Source: Gemmatimonadales bacterium
Lineage (GTDB): Bacteria > Gemmatimonadota > Gemmatimonadetes > Gemmatimonadales > GWC2-71-9
Assembly: GCA_037189525.1 (NCBI GenBank)
Contig: JBBCJC010000002.1
Coordinates: 1,056,001 to 1,120,000, forward strand
Direction of reading: 5' to 3'
Length of the DNA stretch: 64,000 bases
The translations under genes were made by a program, and so were the position numbers. Under the pieces are notes generated by a model. The model saw only the letters and a program-made list of their open reading frames with translations. It was not told the origin of the DNA and did not search any database. This document shows, piece after piece, positions 19,120-28,900 of the stretch (position 1 is its first letter; every line of letters starts with the position of its first letter).

Positions 19120-20103
19120 ATGCAGATAAGGCTTCTCAACGCGGGCGCCGTCCGCGAGCTGCTCCCGATGAGCGCATGCATCGACGCCATGCGGCAGGCC
19201 ATGAGCCTCGTTGCCACCGGTGACACGATCCAGCCCATCCGCCAGGCGATGTTCATCCCGAGCCAGAAAGGGCTCCTGAGCATGATGCCCGGCTACACTG
19301 CCAAGCCCGAGTGGTTGGGCATCAAAGTGATGTCGGTTTTCCCGGGGAACTTCGGTACCGCCTTCGGATCGCATCAGGGCTTCGTGATGCTTTTCGAAAC
19401 CGAGCATGGCGCGCCCAAAGCGATTCTCGATGGCCGGGAGATCACCGCGATCCGCACCGCCGCCGCCACCGCCGTGGCCACCGATGCGCTGGCCCGGCAG
19501 GACGTCAAGACGCTGGCGATCTTCGGCTACGGTGAGCAGGCGCACACCCACCTCGAAGCAGTTACTCAGGTCCGTACGTTCGAGCGCGCTCTGGTCTGGG
19601 GCCGCGACTTCGAGCGGACCCAAGCCTTCTGCGCCGAGCAGGCCAAACATCACAAGCTGGAGATCGTCCCCGTCAGGACGGCGGAGGAAGCGGCGGTTGG
19701 TGCGGATGTGCTCTGCACCACGACGGCGGCCAAGGAGCCGTACTATCAGGCGACCTGGCTTCGGCCGGGGCAGCACCTCAACGTGGTGGGCTCGAGCGTG
19801 CCGACGACTTCGGAAATCGATGTCGAGACCGTGGCGCGCACCAACCTGTACGTGGATTTCAAGGATAGCGCCCTGGCGCTCGCCGGTGATTTCCGCCGGG
19901 CCAAGGCCGCAGGTGCGGTAACCGACGATCACATCCGTGGCGCCATCGGCGAGGTGCTGACCGGCAAGATCCCTGGCCGAACCAGCGCCGATGAGATCAC
20001 TCTGTTCAAATCACTCGGCATGGTGGCCGAAGATCTGGTGTCGGCCGATCACATTCTCCACGAAGCGGAGCGGCGGGGCGTGGGGCAGGTGGTCGAGTGG
20101 TAG
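19120..20103 (+). CDS. Ornithine cyclodeaminase / mu-crystallin family protein
   Basis: ITAIRTAAATA, FGYGEQA and ITLFKSLG..EDL. Confidence 0.9.
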   Translation: MQIRLLNAGAVRELLPMSACIDAMRQAMSLVATGDTIQPIRQAMFIPSQKGLLSMMPGYTAKPEWLGIKVMSVFPGNFGTAFGSHQGFVMLFETEHGAPKAILDGREITAIRTAAATAVATDALARQDVKTLAIFGYGEQAHTHLEAVTQVRTFERALVWGRDFERTQAFCAEQAKHHKLEIVPVRTAEEAAVGADVLCTTTAAKEPYYQATWLRPGQHLNVVGSSVPTTSEIDVETVARTNLYVDFKDSALALAGDFRRAKAAGAVTDDHIRGAIGEVLTGKIPGRTSADEITLFKSLGMVAEDLVSADHILHEAERRGVGQVVEW

Positions 20104-20145
20104 CCTGACGCCGGTCGTCGACATCATCGGCCGATCGAAAAAAAC

Positions 20146-20180
20146 AACGGCGCCCGGGTGGAAGCTTCGGGCGCCGTTTC
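20146..20180. terminator. Bidirectional intrinsic terminator between convergent genes
   Basis: AACGGCGCCCG...CGGGCGCCGTT with an upstream A-run and downstream Ts. Confidence 0.7.
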
Positions 20181-20187
20181 CGTTGGG

Positions 20188-21366
20188 TCATCGTCGGGGC
20201 GAGGGAATCGAGATCACCATGTTCTCGAGCGGGATCTCGCCGCGGACGTCGCGGGCCGGCTGCGCGGCATTCGGGGTCCAGGGCTGCCCGGCAACCGCGC
20301 TGCCCATGGAGGGAATGCGACCCAACAGGCGGAATTCCTCGAAGGCAAACGGCAGCCCTTCTCCGAAGAGCACCTCCGCGGCGGCCGAGATCTGGAAGTG
20401 CAGGTGGGGGCCGCCGCTGTTGCCCGAGTTGCCGATCAGGCCGAGCAACTGACCGCGGGTGATCCGGTCGCCGGGTTTGACGCGAATCGAACCGGCCTTC
20501 ACGTGACTGTAGCTCGCGAAGAGCCCGTTACCGAACGCAATCGAGATCACATTGCCGGGAGCGGTCGTCGCGTCGATCTCCGTGGCCATCCGTCCGGATA
20601 ACGGAACGTTGTCGCCGATGCCGTCCCGGACCAGGACCACTTCGCCGTCGGTCGCGGAAAAGATCGAGTCGGCATAGCCGTACCACGATTCGTTGCGGGT
20701 CGAGTCGGCGCCGAACAGCCGGCCGTCGGCCCCCAGCTTGGCATAGTCGATGGCGAATCGCTGCGGCACCCGGGTGGCGCCGCCGACCGTGACCAATCCG
20801 GTACGGTGGCCGGAGGTGTTGGACGGGCCGCGCAGCATGACCCACGGTCCGCCGCGCACCGGCGATCCGATCTGCTCGACCCCGCGCTCGGGTAGCGTCA
20901 CCGGCGGCGCGATGAGCGTGTCACGGGTCGCTCCGCCGGCTTCGGAGGAGAAGACCAGGCGATGTACCAGGGTGCTGCCCATCAGCGACGGGTCCTTGGG
21001 GGTGAGCCAGATGAACACGACGCCTCGGCGGCCGGCGGGAATCGTCACGCTTGGTGCGCGCGGGCCGGGCGGCGCGCCGGTCAGCAGGAACCGGCCGGCC
21101 AGGGCGCGGTCGGACCATTGGTCGAGCACGGCGCCGCTTCCCGTTTCCACGCCGACTTCCTGGAGCACCAGCGGCGTGGTTCCCTGGTTGGTCAGGTGCA
21201 GCTCGTAGACCCAATGGGTTCGGCCCAGGGCGGTGACCGGGGCCGTCATGATCGGCACGACCACCTCTACAGGTGTCCTCGTAACCTGCTGTGCCAGAAC
21301 GAGTTGTGGCGCTATCAAGAGCCCGGCCGCGAGCCCGGCCCGCCAGGCGAGAGACGCTGTCATCAT
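20188..21366 (-). CDS. M23 family metallopeptidase, secreted
   Basis: RFAIDY, YSHV and GNSGNSGGPHLHF; signal peptide. Confidence 0.85.
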   Translation of the reverse strand: MMTASLAWRAGLAAGLLIAPQLVLAQQVTRTPVEVVVPIMTAPVTALGRTHWVYELHLTNQGTTPLVLQEVGVETGSGAVLDQWSDRALAGRFLLTGAPPGPRAPSVTIPAGRRGVVFIWLTPKDPSLMGSTLVHRLVFSSEAGGATRDTLIAPPVTLPERGVEQIGSPVRGGPWVMLRGPSNTSGHRTGLVTVGGATRVPQRFAIDYAKLGADGRLFGADSTRNESWYGYADSIFSATDGEVVLVRDGIGDNVPLSGRMATEIDATTAPGNVISIAFGNGLFASYSHVKAGSIRVKPGDRITRGQLLGLIGNSGNSGGPHLHFQISAAAEVLFGEGLPFAFEEFRLLGRIPSMGSAVAGQPWTPNAAQPARDVRGEIPLENMVISIPSPRR

Positions 21367-21386
21367 CCGAAAGATCCCGATAAAGT

Positions 21387-21424
21387 CTTGACGACAGTAC
21401 TACTGTATTAGTACACTAGTCAAG
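21387..21424 (+). promoter_or_regulatory. Promoter/operator of the GntR-ABC operon
   Basis: TTGACG-18 bp-TACACT; palindromes ACAGTA-C-TACTGT and TGTATTAGTACA; outer inverted repeat CTTGAC...GTCAAG. Confidence 0.6.
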
Positions 21425-21825
21425 TGTTTACTCCACCGAATCCTTCGTCCGGTGTGCCGGTCTACCTGCAACTGATCGAGCAGGTCAAGCACGCCGTTGC
21501 CACCGGAATCCTGGCTCCCGGCGATCAGCTTCCCGGCATGCGGCGGGTCGCTGAGGAACTGGTCATCAATCCGAATACGGTGGCCAAGGCCTATCGTGAG
21601 CTCGAACACGACGGTTGGATCGAGCTTCGCCATGGGGCGGGAGCCTTCGTTGCGCAGGGACCGGCGCATCGCGATCGGGTGGCCCTCCTGTCCGAAGCGA
21701 GCGAGCGGGTCCGGGCGCTGGTCGAAGCGCTGCGTTCGGCGGGCGTGACCGACTCCGAATTGCGGCGGATCCTGGAAAGCGAGCTCAACCGGCAGAGTCC
21801 GCATCACCCGGCGGTGTTGCCGTGA
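21424..21825 (+). CDS. GntR family regulator (YtrA-like)
   Basis: PVYLQL...LPGMRRVAEELVINPNTVAKAYRELE; short C-terminus. Confidence 0.92.
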   Translation: MFTPPNPSSGVPVYLQLIEQVKHAVATGILAPGDQLPGMRRVAEELVINPNTVAKAYRELEHDGWIELRHGAGAFVAQGPAHRDRVALLSEASERVRALVEALRSAGVTDSELRRILESELNRQSPHHPAVLP

Positions 21826-22736
21826 GCGACGCCGATGTCATCGTTCTGCGCGAGCTCAGCAAGCGTCACGGCACCGTGCCGGCTCTCGACGGGCTGTCGC
21901 TCACGGTACCCCAGGGCAGCGTGACCGGTTTGCTCGGTCCCAATGGTGCGGGTAAGACCACGGCGATCAAACTGCTTCTCGGCATGGCGCGCCCCGACGG
22001 CGGAACGGGTCTGGTGTTTGGACAGCGGATCGATGCCGAAGCCGATAGCGTCAGGATTCGGCAGCGGACCGGATATGTTAGCGAGACCAAGGATCTCTAT
22101 CCCCACTTTACCGTCGATCAGATGGTCCATCTGACGCGCGGGCTCTATTCCACCTGGCGCTCCGATCTGGAGCGGCGCCTGCGAGGCAGCTTCGCCCTGC
22201 GCCCCGACGCCAAGGTGTCGACGCTATCCAAGGGCATGCGTACCAAGCTGTCGCTCTTGCTGGCCTGCTGTCGAGGCGCCGACCTGCTGGTGCTGGACGA
22301 GCCGACCGACGGGCTTGACCCGGTCGCTGCGGAGCTGGTGCTCGAAACCCTGATCGGTCTGGTGGCGCAGGACGGGCTGACGGTCCTGGTGTCGTCGCAC
22401 CAGCTGACGGAGGTCGAGCGAGTCGCTGACCGGGTGGTCATCGTCGATCGGGGCCAGGCTTGTCTCGAGGCGGGGCTCGACGACTTGCGGATGCGGGTTC
22501 GCATGGTGCGCATCGTGCTCGAAGGCGACGGGTCGGCGGTGGCGGGGCTCCGCTCGGAGCCGGGTGTGCTGGCGGTGAACCAGGCGGGGCGGGTGGTGAC
22601 GCTGCTGGTCGATGGCAGCGCCGAGTTGGTCATCGATCGGGCTCGGCGGTTTGCGTCGCCCGCTTCGATCGAAACCCTTCCGGCCACCCTGCGGGACCTC
22701 TTTCTCGGCCTGACCCGGAGCGCCGATGTGGCGTAA
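21822..22736 (+). CDS. ABC transporter ATP-binding protein
   Basis: GPNGAGKTT, LSKGM, LDEPTDGLD and SSH. Confidence 0.92.
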   Translation: MSDADVIVLRELSKRHGTVPALDGLSLTVPQGSVTGLLGPNGAGKTTAIKLLLGMARPDGGTGLVFGQRIDAEADSVRIRQRTGYVSETKDLYPHFTVDQMVHLTRGLYSTWRSDLERRLRGSFALRPDAKVSTLSKGMRTKLSLLLACCRGADLLVLDEPTDGLDPVAAELVLETLIGLVAQDGLTVLVSSHQLTEVERVADRVVIVDRGQACLEAGLDDLRMRVRMVRIVLEGDGSAVAGLRSEPGVLAVNQAGRVVTLLVDGSAELVIDRARRFASPASIETLPATLRDLFLGLTRSADVA

Positions 22737-23379
22737 AGCCTGGGTCGAGACGCGCTGGTGGATTGCGCTGATGCTGATGCTCGATCTTGGCATCGCATCG
22801 CTCCTGATCGACAGCCCGGCCGGGGCCTGGCACGGTTTGCTGGACGGCGCGGTGCCGCTCGGCGCCGTCGTCAACGCGATCATGGTGGCGGGAACGGGGC
22901 TCGGAACCCGGACCTCGTACCGGCCCCTGGTCGCCATCGATCCGTCGATGCTGTTCACGCTTTCGCTGCCGATTACCCGCCGCCGTCTGGTGCTGACCCG
23001 AGTGGTCGTTGGCTTGCTGGGCATGACGGCGCTGATCACTCTGACTCTGCTGGCCTATCGGATCTTTGCTCCCGGCGTCCGCGAAACGGCGTCGATTGCT
23101 GCGTATTTTGGCTATGGCGTGGCGGTCTGGTCGGTCGCGGCGGTCGGGTTCGGCCTGTCCACGCTCCTGTCGGCGTGGCTGGACCAGCTCTGGCAGGTCT
23201 ATGCCACGATGGCGGTGATGTTCGGCGTGCTGTTCGGCTGGCCGGCTGCGCGGTTCTGGGGAGCGATCCTGAACGGCGAGGGGAGCAGAGGAACCGTGAT
23301 CGGCGTCGTGCTGGCTCTGACGCTCGCTGGGCTCCTGATCGAGGGCGCGGTCCGTTCCGTCGAGCGGCGCGATCTCTGA
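22726..23379 (+). CDS. Putative ABC-2 type permease
   Basis: About six hydrophobic segments and an SLPITRRRLV motif; overlaps the ATPase gene. Confidence 0.7.
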   Translation: MWRKAWVETRWWIALMLMLDLGIASLLIDSPAGAWHGLLDGAVPLGAVVNAIMVAGTGLGTRTSYRPLVAIDPSMLFTLSLPITRRRLVLTRVVVGLLGMTALITLTLLAYRIFAPGVRETASIAAYFGYGVAVWSVAAVGFGLSTLLSAWLDQLWQVYATMAVMFGVLFGWPAARFWGAILNGEGSRGTVIGVVLALTLAGLLIEGAVRSVERRDL

Positions 23380-23415
23380 CGGCGGGGCCGCATCTGACCC
23401 CGCCGCCGGCGGTGG

Positions 23416-24171
23416 TCAGGCGCTCATGGCCATGGTGCGATGGAGCGGAGCCAGGCCGGACTGTGGCGTCGTCAGCTGGAATCCGCCGTGTCGCAAGGTC
23501 AGCTCCATGATCCACTCCCACCCGACCAGGTTCCGGAAGGTCTTGAGCGAAACCCCGAGATAGCGGGAGACCCAGCCGCGCATGGTCCGGGCCTCGGTGT
23601 TGGCGAACTGCGCCTGCTGTTCGACCGACCAGGTGTGGGGCTGCCCCTTGATGCGCACCAGCCGTTCGATGCAATTCCAGTCATAGCGCCCGAGGTCGCC
23701 CGCCTGGTGCAGCTGGTAGCGCAGGGTCCGGTCGGGCGTCGACGACGGGACGCCGTGTGCCGCGCCCCAGATCTGGCTCAAAGTCTGGCCCAGCCGGACG
23801 GAACCGGTTCGCCGGACGGCGTAACCCGCCAGCAACGAAGGGGTTGGCGCCGGGCGTCCGCGCGCCGCTGCGAGCAGCACGGCGGGCGGGATCGGCGCCA
23901 TCGGATCGGTCACGGTCAGAAACGCGGGCTGTCCCGGCAACGAGAACAGGTGCTGGAGCAGCCCGGCCGAAATCGAGGCCGGGGCCAGGACCAGACAGGG
24001 GACTGCCCAGGGGGCGCGCTCGAGCGTGTCGGCCAGCGAGGGACCACGGCTGCCATTGCGCCCGGTCGCAATTCGCACCACGGCAATCGTTCCCGGCGGG
24101 GTCGGCTTGCCCAGCAAGGGGACATCGTCGGTGTACGGCGGCTCGAGATACGTCAATTCGTGTGTAAACAT
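23416..24171 (-). CDS. Hypothetical protein with possible AraC-like HTH C-terminus
   Basis: GGGGAG RBS; SVEQQAQFANTEARTMRGWVSRYLGVS resembles an AraC helix-turn-helix. Confidence 0.5.
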   Translation of the reverse strand: MFTHELTYLEPPYTDDVPLLGKPTPPGTIAVVRIATGRNGSRGPSLADTLERAPWAVPCLVLAPASISAGLLQHLFSLPGQPAFLTVTDPMAPIPPAVLLAAARGRPAPTPSLLAGYAVRRTGSVRLGQTLSQIWGAAHGVPSSTPDRTLRYQLHQAGDLGRYDWNCIERLVRIKGQPHTWSVEQQAQFANTEARTMRGWVSRYLGVSLKTFRNLVGWEWIMELTLRHGGFQLTTPQSGLAPLHRTMAMSA

Positions 24172-24285
24172 GACTCCCCCTTGCAAGAACGAGAGGAGAG
24201 TATGCAGCGGCGCGGATTCGGCAAGAGGGCCGAATGGCCCTACGGGATCATGCCGGTCGACTCGGGCGGAGGACGGCCGGTGATT

Positions 24286-25860
24286 TCAGGGGGTCTTCTG
24301 CCAGGCCGTGACGCGATGCAGCCAGGAGTACGGATCGATGACGATGTTGCCGAGCCGAGCGGACGCGACCATCTGGTTGGTCGGCGTGTAGAGGAAGACG
24401 GCCGGCGCATCGAGGTTGAGAGTATCCATTGCCTCGCGCCAGAGCGCGCGACTCGTTTCCGGTGACGACGCAGCCAGCGCGCGCGACACCAGGCCGTCGA
24501 ACACCGTGCTCTGATATCGGCCATGGTTGAGTCGCCCGATGCCGACTGCGGTCCACTGATCGACCAGTCCGGTCGGCTTGGGTTCGTCCAGCCAGGCGCC
24601 GATCATCGTTTCGAACCGCCCGGTGGCGAGCCGCTCCTGGAAGATCGGGAAATCGACGGCCGTGATCGTCGCTGTCACTCCGGCCTGCCGCCACATTTGC
24701 TGGATCCCTTCGCCCAGCTGGCGTCGGGCCGGACTGGTGGAGGGGACCAGGATGTCGATCGTGAGCGGCCGCCCGCCGCGGCGCCGGATTCCGTCCGCGC
24801 CGCGAGGCCATCCCGCCTGGTCGAAGAGCCTGCCGGCCTGCGCCACGTCGTAGCCCAAGGTGCGAATGCTGTCGTTCCAGATCCAGGCGGCACGCGAGAG
24901 CGGGCCCGGCGGGACCACGGCGTCCTCACCGATGACGGCGGTGACCAGGGCCCGGCGGTCGATGGCGTATGTCAGCGCCTGCCGGATGGCGCGGTCGGCC
25001 AGAATCGGGTCGGGCCGTCCAGCCGGGTCGGCCAACCGAAAGCCCAGAAATCCGTACACCGCCGAGGGATAGGATACCAGTTGCAGGGTCGAGTCGGTCT
25101 GGGCGCGTTGCCGTGCGGACGGACTGGTCACCGTTTCGAGTACGTCGGCTTCGCCCGAGAGCGTCAGGTTGAGGGCGGCCTCCTGATCGGCCGCAAAGCG
25201 CCAGGCAATCCGCCGGAAGCCGGTGCCGCGGACCCGTTCGAGAATCAGCGATTGGCCCCGGCGCCAGTCGACCAGCCGGTACGCGCCGGACCCGACCAGC
25301 CGGCGCCGGCTCGAGTCTTCTGCCCAGCTACCGCGAGGCAGCGAATCCCAGAGGTGCCGGGGCAGCACTCGAATGACGGTGGCCGCGTCGTAGAGCTGGT
25401 CGGGAGCGGGACGGGGAAACCGGACCAGCACGTCGCGGTCGCCATCGGCCGATACCTGCGCATCGGCCAGCGCGATTCCGGGGGCGCCGAGCGTGGTGTC
25501 GGTATAGGCGGCAAAGGAAAAGACGACGTCGTCGGCGGTGACCGGAGTGCCGTCGTGCCATTCGGCATTCGGGCGCAGCGAGAACTGCCATGTCACCGAG
25601 TCGACTCGGCGCCAGGAGGCAGCCAGGCCGGGCTCGAGGGCAGTGGAGTCGTAGGGTGATCCGCCGACCCGAAGTGAGGCGAGCGGTTCGTAAATCAGGT
25701 CGGAGACATCTCGGCCCGCCGCATCGGCCACCAGTGGCGGCAGCAGCGTGGTCGGTTCGCCGGTCGCGGCAATGACGAGATCCTGGTCGTCGTTGGCTGC
25801 GCGGCAGGCGGCCAGCGCTAGCACGCCGACCAGCGACAAAGTGGCGTAATAGCGGACCAC
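24286..25860 (-). CDS. Peptide/nickel ABC substrate-binding lipoprotein (family 5); start uncertain
   Basis: Lipobox LAAC, WHDGTPVTADDVVFS, GSGAY and RQALTYAIDR. Confidence 0.85.
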   Translation of the reverse strand: MVRYYATLSLVGVLALAACRAANDDQDLVIAATGEPTTLLPPLVADAAGRDVSDLIYEPLASLRVGGSPYDSTALEPGLAASWRRVDSVTWQFSLRPNAEWHDGTPVTADDVVFSFAAYTDTTLGAPGIALADAQVSADGDRDVLVRFPRPAPDQLYDAATVIRVLPRHLWDSLPRGSWAEDSSRRRLVGSGAYRLVDWRRGQSLILERVRGTGFRRIAWRFAADQEAALNLTLSGEADVLETVTSPSARQRAQTDSTLQLVSYPSAVYGFLGFRLADPAGRPDPILADRAIRQALTYAIDRRALVTAVIGEDAVVPPGPLSRAAWIWNDSIRTLGYDVAQAGRLFDQAGWPRGADGIRRRGGRPLTIDILVPSTSPARRQLGEGIQQMWRQAGVTATITAVDFPIFQERLATGRFETMIGAWLDEPKPTGLVDQWTAVGIGRLNHGRYQSTVFDGLVSRALAASSPETSRALWREAMDTLNLDAPAVFLYTPTNQMVASARLGNIVIDPYSWLHRVTAWQKTP

Positions 25861-26044
25861 GACCGGCGCGGGGCGACGGCCGGCGGTGCGGCGCGGCGCG
25901 AGGTTCTGAGTCGTCACGTCTACCAGTATCGGATCGTCCGGCCGTAGCATGAGGCACGCGGGCTCGTTACGTTGGGCTCGCGGCCGGGGCCGGTTTTCCG
26001 CCTGTCTCGAAGCCGAGCCGAGTACGCGACGGAGCCAACGCTCG

Positions 26045-27094
26045 ATGTCCATCCAGTCATCCACCATGCTGGCCGATTACCGGCGCCTGTTGCGCCGGCG
26101 CGCGATCACACTCGGCTGTCTCGTTCTCGCGCTGGTCGTCTCGCTCGTCTTCGATCTGGTGACCGGGCCTTCGGGTATCTCGGTGGCTGACGCGGTTCGC
26201 GGTCTGCTGGACCCTGCCGGGAGCACCGGTCCGGAAGGAGTCATCGTCTGGGGGGTGCGGCTGCCCTACGCGCTGATGGCGCTTCTGGTCGGCGCGGCGC
26301 TCTCGCTCGCCGGCGCCGAAATGCAAACCACGCTCAACAATCCGCTGGCGAGTCCCTTCACGCTGGGTATGTCGTCGGCGGCCATCTTCGGGGCGGCGTT
26401 GGCCATCGTGCTCGATTTCGGCATCCCGGGCATCCCGGGCGATTGGCTCGTCTCGGTCAACGCCTTCGTCTTTGCCTTTGCGTCGGTGCTGGCGTTGCAG
26501 GCCGTCGCGCGGGCGCGGGCTGCGGGTGTCGAAACGCTGGTGCTCTTCGGCATTGCGCTCTTCTTCACCTTCAACGCCCTGGTGGCGATTACGCAGTTCG
26601 TGGCCAGTGAGCAGGCGCTGCAGCAACTGGTCTTCTGGACCATGGGGAGCCTGGGGCGCTCGACCTGGCCGAAGATCCAGGTACTGGCCATCGTGATTGC
26701 CGTGGTGGCGCCGTTCTCGCTGGCTGCCTCGTGGCGTCTCACCGCGCTCCGTCTCGGCGAAGAGCGAGCCCGGAGCTTTGGCGTGGATGTGGGCCGGCTC
26801 CGCTTTGCATCGCTCTTCCGGATCAGCGTGCTGACGGCCACGGCGGTGGCGTTCGTCGGCACGGTGGCGTTCGTCGGCCTGGTTGGTCCGCACATTGCGC
26901 GGATGCTGGTGGGCGAAGATCATCGCTTCTTCCTGCCAGCTAGCGCGCTGACCGGGGCGCTGGTGCTGTCGCTGGCGTCGATTGCGAGCAAGACGATCAT
27001 TCCCGGCGTGCTGATTCCGATCGGTCTGGTGAGCGCGCTGATCGGGGTACCGTTCTTCGTGTCGCTGATTCTTTCCAAACGGTCGGCGGCATGA
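26045..27094 (+). CDS. FecCD family iron-siderophore ABC permease
   Basis: NPLASPFTLG, GEERARSFGVD and FVGLVGPHIAR. Confidence 0.92.
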   Translation: MSIQSSTMLADYRRLLRRRAITLGCLVLALVVSLVFDLVTGPSGISVADAVRGLLDPAGSTGPEGVIVWGVRLPYALMALLVGAALSLAGAEMQTTLNNPLASPFTLGMSSAAIFGAALAIVLDFGIPGIPGDWLVSVNAFVFAFASVLALQAVARARAAGVETLVLFGIALFFTFNALVAITQFVASEQALQQLVFWTMGSLGRSTWPKIQVLAIVIAVVAPFSLAASWRLTALRLGEERARSFGVDVGRLRFASLFRISVLTATAVAFVGTVAFVGLVGPHIARMLVGEDHRFFLPASALTGALVLSLASIASKTIIPGVLIPIGLVSALIGVPFFVSLILSKRSAA

Positions 27095-27912
27095 GCCGGG
27101 CGCTGCCGCTCACGGTATCGGGCCTCCAGGCCGGTTACGGCGATCGGGCGGTGCTCGACGGATTGTCGCTGCCGCCGTTCGAGCCGGGCCAGATCACGGC
27201 GCTGGTGGGGCCCAACGGCGCGGGCAAATCCACCTTGCTGCGCGTCATTGCCGGACTGGTGCCCGCTCGTGGTTCGATTCGGCTGGGCGATCGCGAGCTG
27301 CTTGGCGCGGCGCCGCGATTCCGGGCCGAGTCGGTAGCGTTCATGCCGCAGACACTGCCGCAGCGCGTGGCGTTGACCGTGCTCGAGACCGTGCTGAGTG
27401 CGCTCAAGGCGTCGCCGTTCGACGGGCGGCCGGAGGACGAAACGGAGGCGCGGCACCGGGCAGTGGCCATCCTCGAGCGGATCGGCATTGCGGATCTCGG
27501 GCTCCGATATCTCGATCACCTCTCCGGCGGGCAGCGGCAGCTGGCCAGCCTTGCCCAGGTAGCGGTGCGCCAGCCGGCCGTACTGCTGCTCGACGAGCCG
27601 ACCAGTTCGCTCGATCTCAAGTATCAGGTGGTCGTAATGCAGCTGGTGCGGGAGCTGGCTCTGGAGGGTCGGATCGTCGTGGTGGTGCTCCACGACCTCA
27701 GCCTGGCGGCGCGCTGGGCCGATCGCGTCGTGGTGCTGGAGCGGGGAGCGGTCCGCGCGGCAGGTGAGCCGGGAATGGCGATTACCCGGGACGTTCTCGC
27801 CTCGGTCTATGGGGTCGATGCCCGGGTCGAGCGGTGCAGCCAGGGACATCTCCAGGTCATCGTCGACGGCCTGGTGGCGCCAGCGTCCGATAGCCCGGCG
27901 GGCGGACGATGA
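27091..27912 (+). CDS. Iron-siderophore ABC ATP-binding protein
   Basis: GPNGAGKST, LSGGQRQ, LDEPTS and LHDL. Confidence 0.92.
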   Translation: MSRALPLTVSGLQAGYGDRAVLDGLSLPPFEPGQITALVGPNGAGKSTLLRVIAGLVPARGSIRLGDRELLGAAPRFRAESVAFMPQTLPQRVALTVLETVLSALKASPFDGRPEDETEARHRAVAILERIGIADLGLRYLDHLSGGQRQLASLAQVAVRQPAVLLLDEPTSSLDLKYQVVVMQLVRELALEGRIVVVVLHDLSLAARWADRVVVLERGAVRAAGEPGMAITRDVLASVYGVDARVERCSQGHLQVIVDGLVAPASDSPAGGR

Positions 27913-28763
27913 CGGGATACTGCTTGCCGCGCACCGAAGTGTTCGGAGTCCACGGCGACGATCCGAGGGGCAGCCGGCGCATCATGGTCGCGTGGCCCGA
28001 AGAGCCGCCGCCGCCCGCCGGCTATCCGGTCATCTATCTGCTCGATGCCAACGCCACCTTCGGCACGCTGGTCGAAGCGATTCGGATGCGGGCGCATCGT
28101 CCCGCCGCGACCGGAGTGGTGCCGGCCGTGGTGGTGGGCGTCGGATCGGAGCGCGACGGTCCCTATGACCGGGTTCGCCGGACCTACGACTACACCCCGC
28201 CCAATGCGGCCGGCGCGGCGACGGGTCTCGAGACCGGGGGGCGCGACCGGTTCGAAGCATTTCTCCTGGGCGAGTTGGCCGAGCAGATCGAGGGGCGGTA
28301 TCCGATCGATCGGTCGCGGCGGATCCTGCTGGGTCATTCGCTGGGCGGATTCTTCGTGCTCGACCTGCTGCTGCGCCGGCCCGACGCCTATGCCGGGTAC
28401 ATCGCGATCAGCCCGTCGATCTGGTGGGATCGCGATCGCCTGCTGCAGGCGGCCGACGCGCTCGGTGCGACGCTCGGCGGGGAGACTCCTCCGCCTCGGG
28501 TGATGATTGCAGTCGGGGAGTATGAGCAGACGCTGGCTCCGTGGCAGGCGGCGACCGATGAGGCCGCGTCGATGACGGCGCGCCGGGATGCGCGGGGGAT
28601 GGTCGACCAGGCGCGCGAGTTGGCCCGCCGGTTGTCGCAGTGGGAGGCGCGTGGCCTAACGGTGCGGTATGACGAAGTGGCGGGTGAGGATCACGCGTCG
28701 GTCGTCTTGTCGTCGATCAGCCGCGGGTTACGGTTCGTGCTTGCTCCGCAGAGCGTGCGCTGA
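27909..28763 (+). CDS. IroE/BesA-like siderophore esterase
   Basis: YPVIYLLDAN, RTYDYTP, GHSLGG, SPSIWW and EDH. Confidence 0.85.
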   Translation: MTGYCLPRTEVFGVHGDDPRGSRRIMVAWPEEPPPPAGYPVIYLLDANATFGTLVEAIRMRAHRPAATGVVPAVVVGVGSERDGPYDRVRRTYDYTPPNAAGAATGLETGGRDRFEAFLLGELAEQIEGRYPIDRSRRILLGHSLGGFFVLDLLLRRPDAYAGYIAISPSIWWDRDRLLQAADALGATLGGETPPPRVMIAVGEYEQTLAPWQAATDEAASMTARRDARGMVDQARELARRLSQWEARGLTVRYDEVAGEDHASVVLSSISRGLRFVLAPQSVR

Positions 28764-28835
28764 GGACCTGGTCGGTGGTGGTGTTCGGCTGAGCTGCTGA
28801 GAGGTCGGGGCGGGTTGCGTCCGACGATCTCAGAC

Positions 28836-28900
28836 TTGACGTCTCGGATTTCCGGGCGTTAGACTTGAGTATGGTAGTATTGAAAATGAAAGTCAATCTC
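28836..28900 (+). promoter_or_regulatory. Sigma70 promoter with downstream Fur-like box
   Basis: TTGACG-18 bp-TAGACT (28836-28865); GAAAATGAAAGTCAATCTC (28882-28900) matches 14 of 19 positions of GATAATGATAATCATTATC. Confidence 0.7.

Noticed and set aside
17884..19932. 682-aa minus-strand ORF
   Set aside because: Antisense shadow of kamA and the cyclodeaminase gene.
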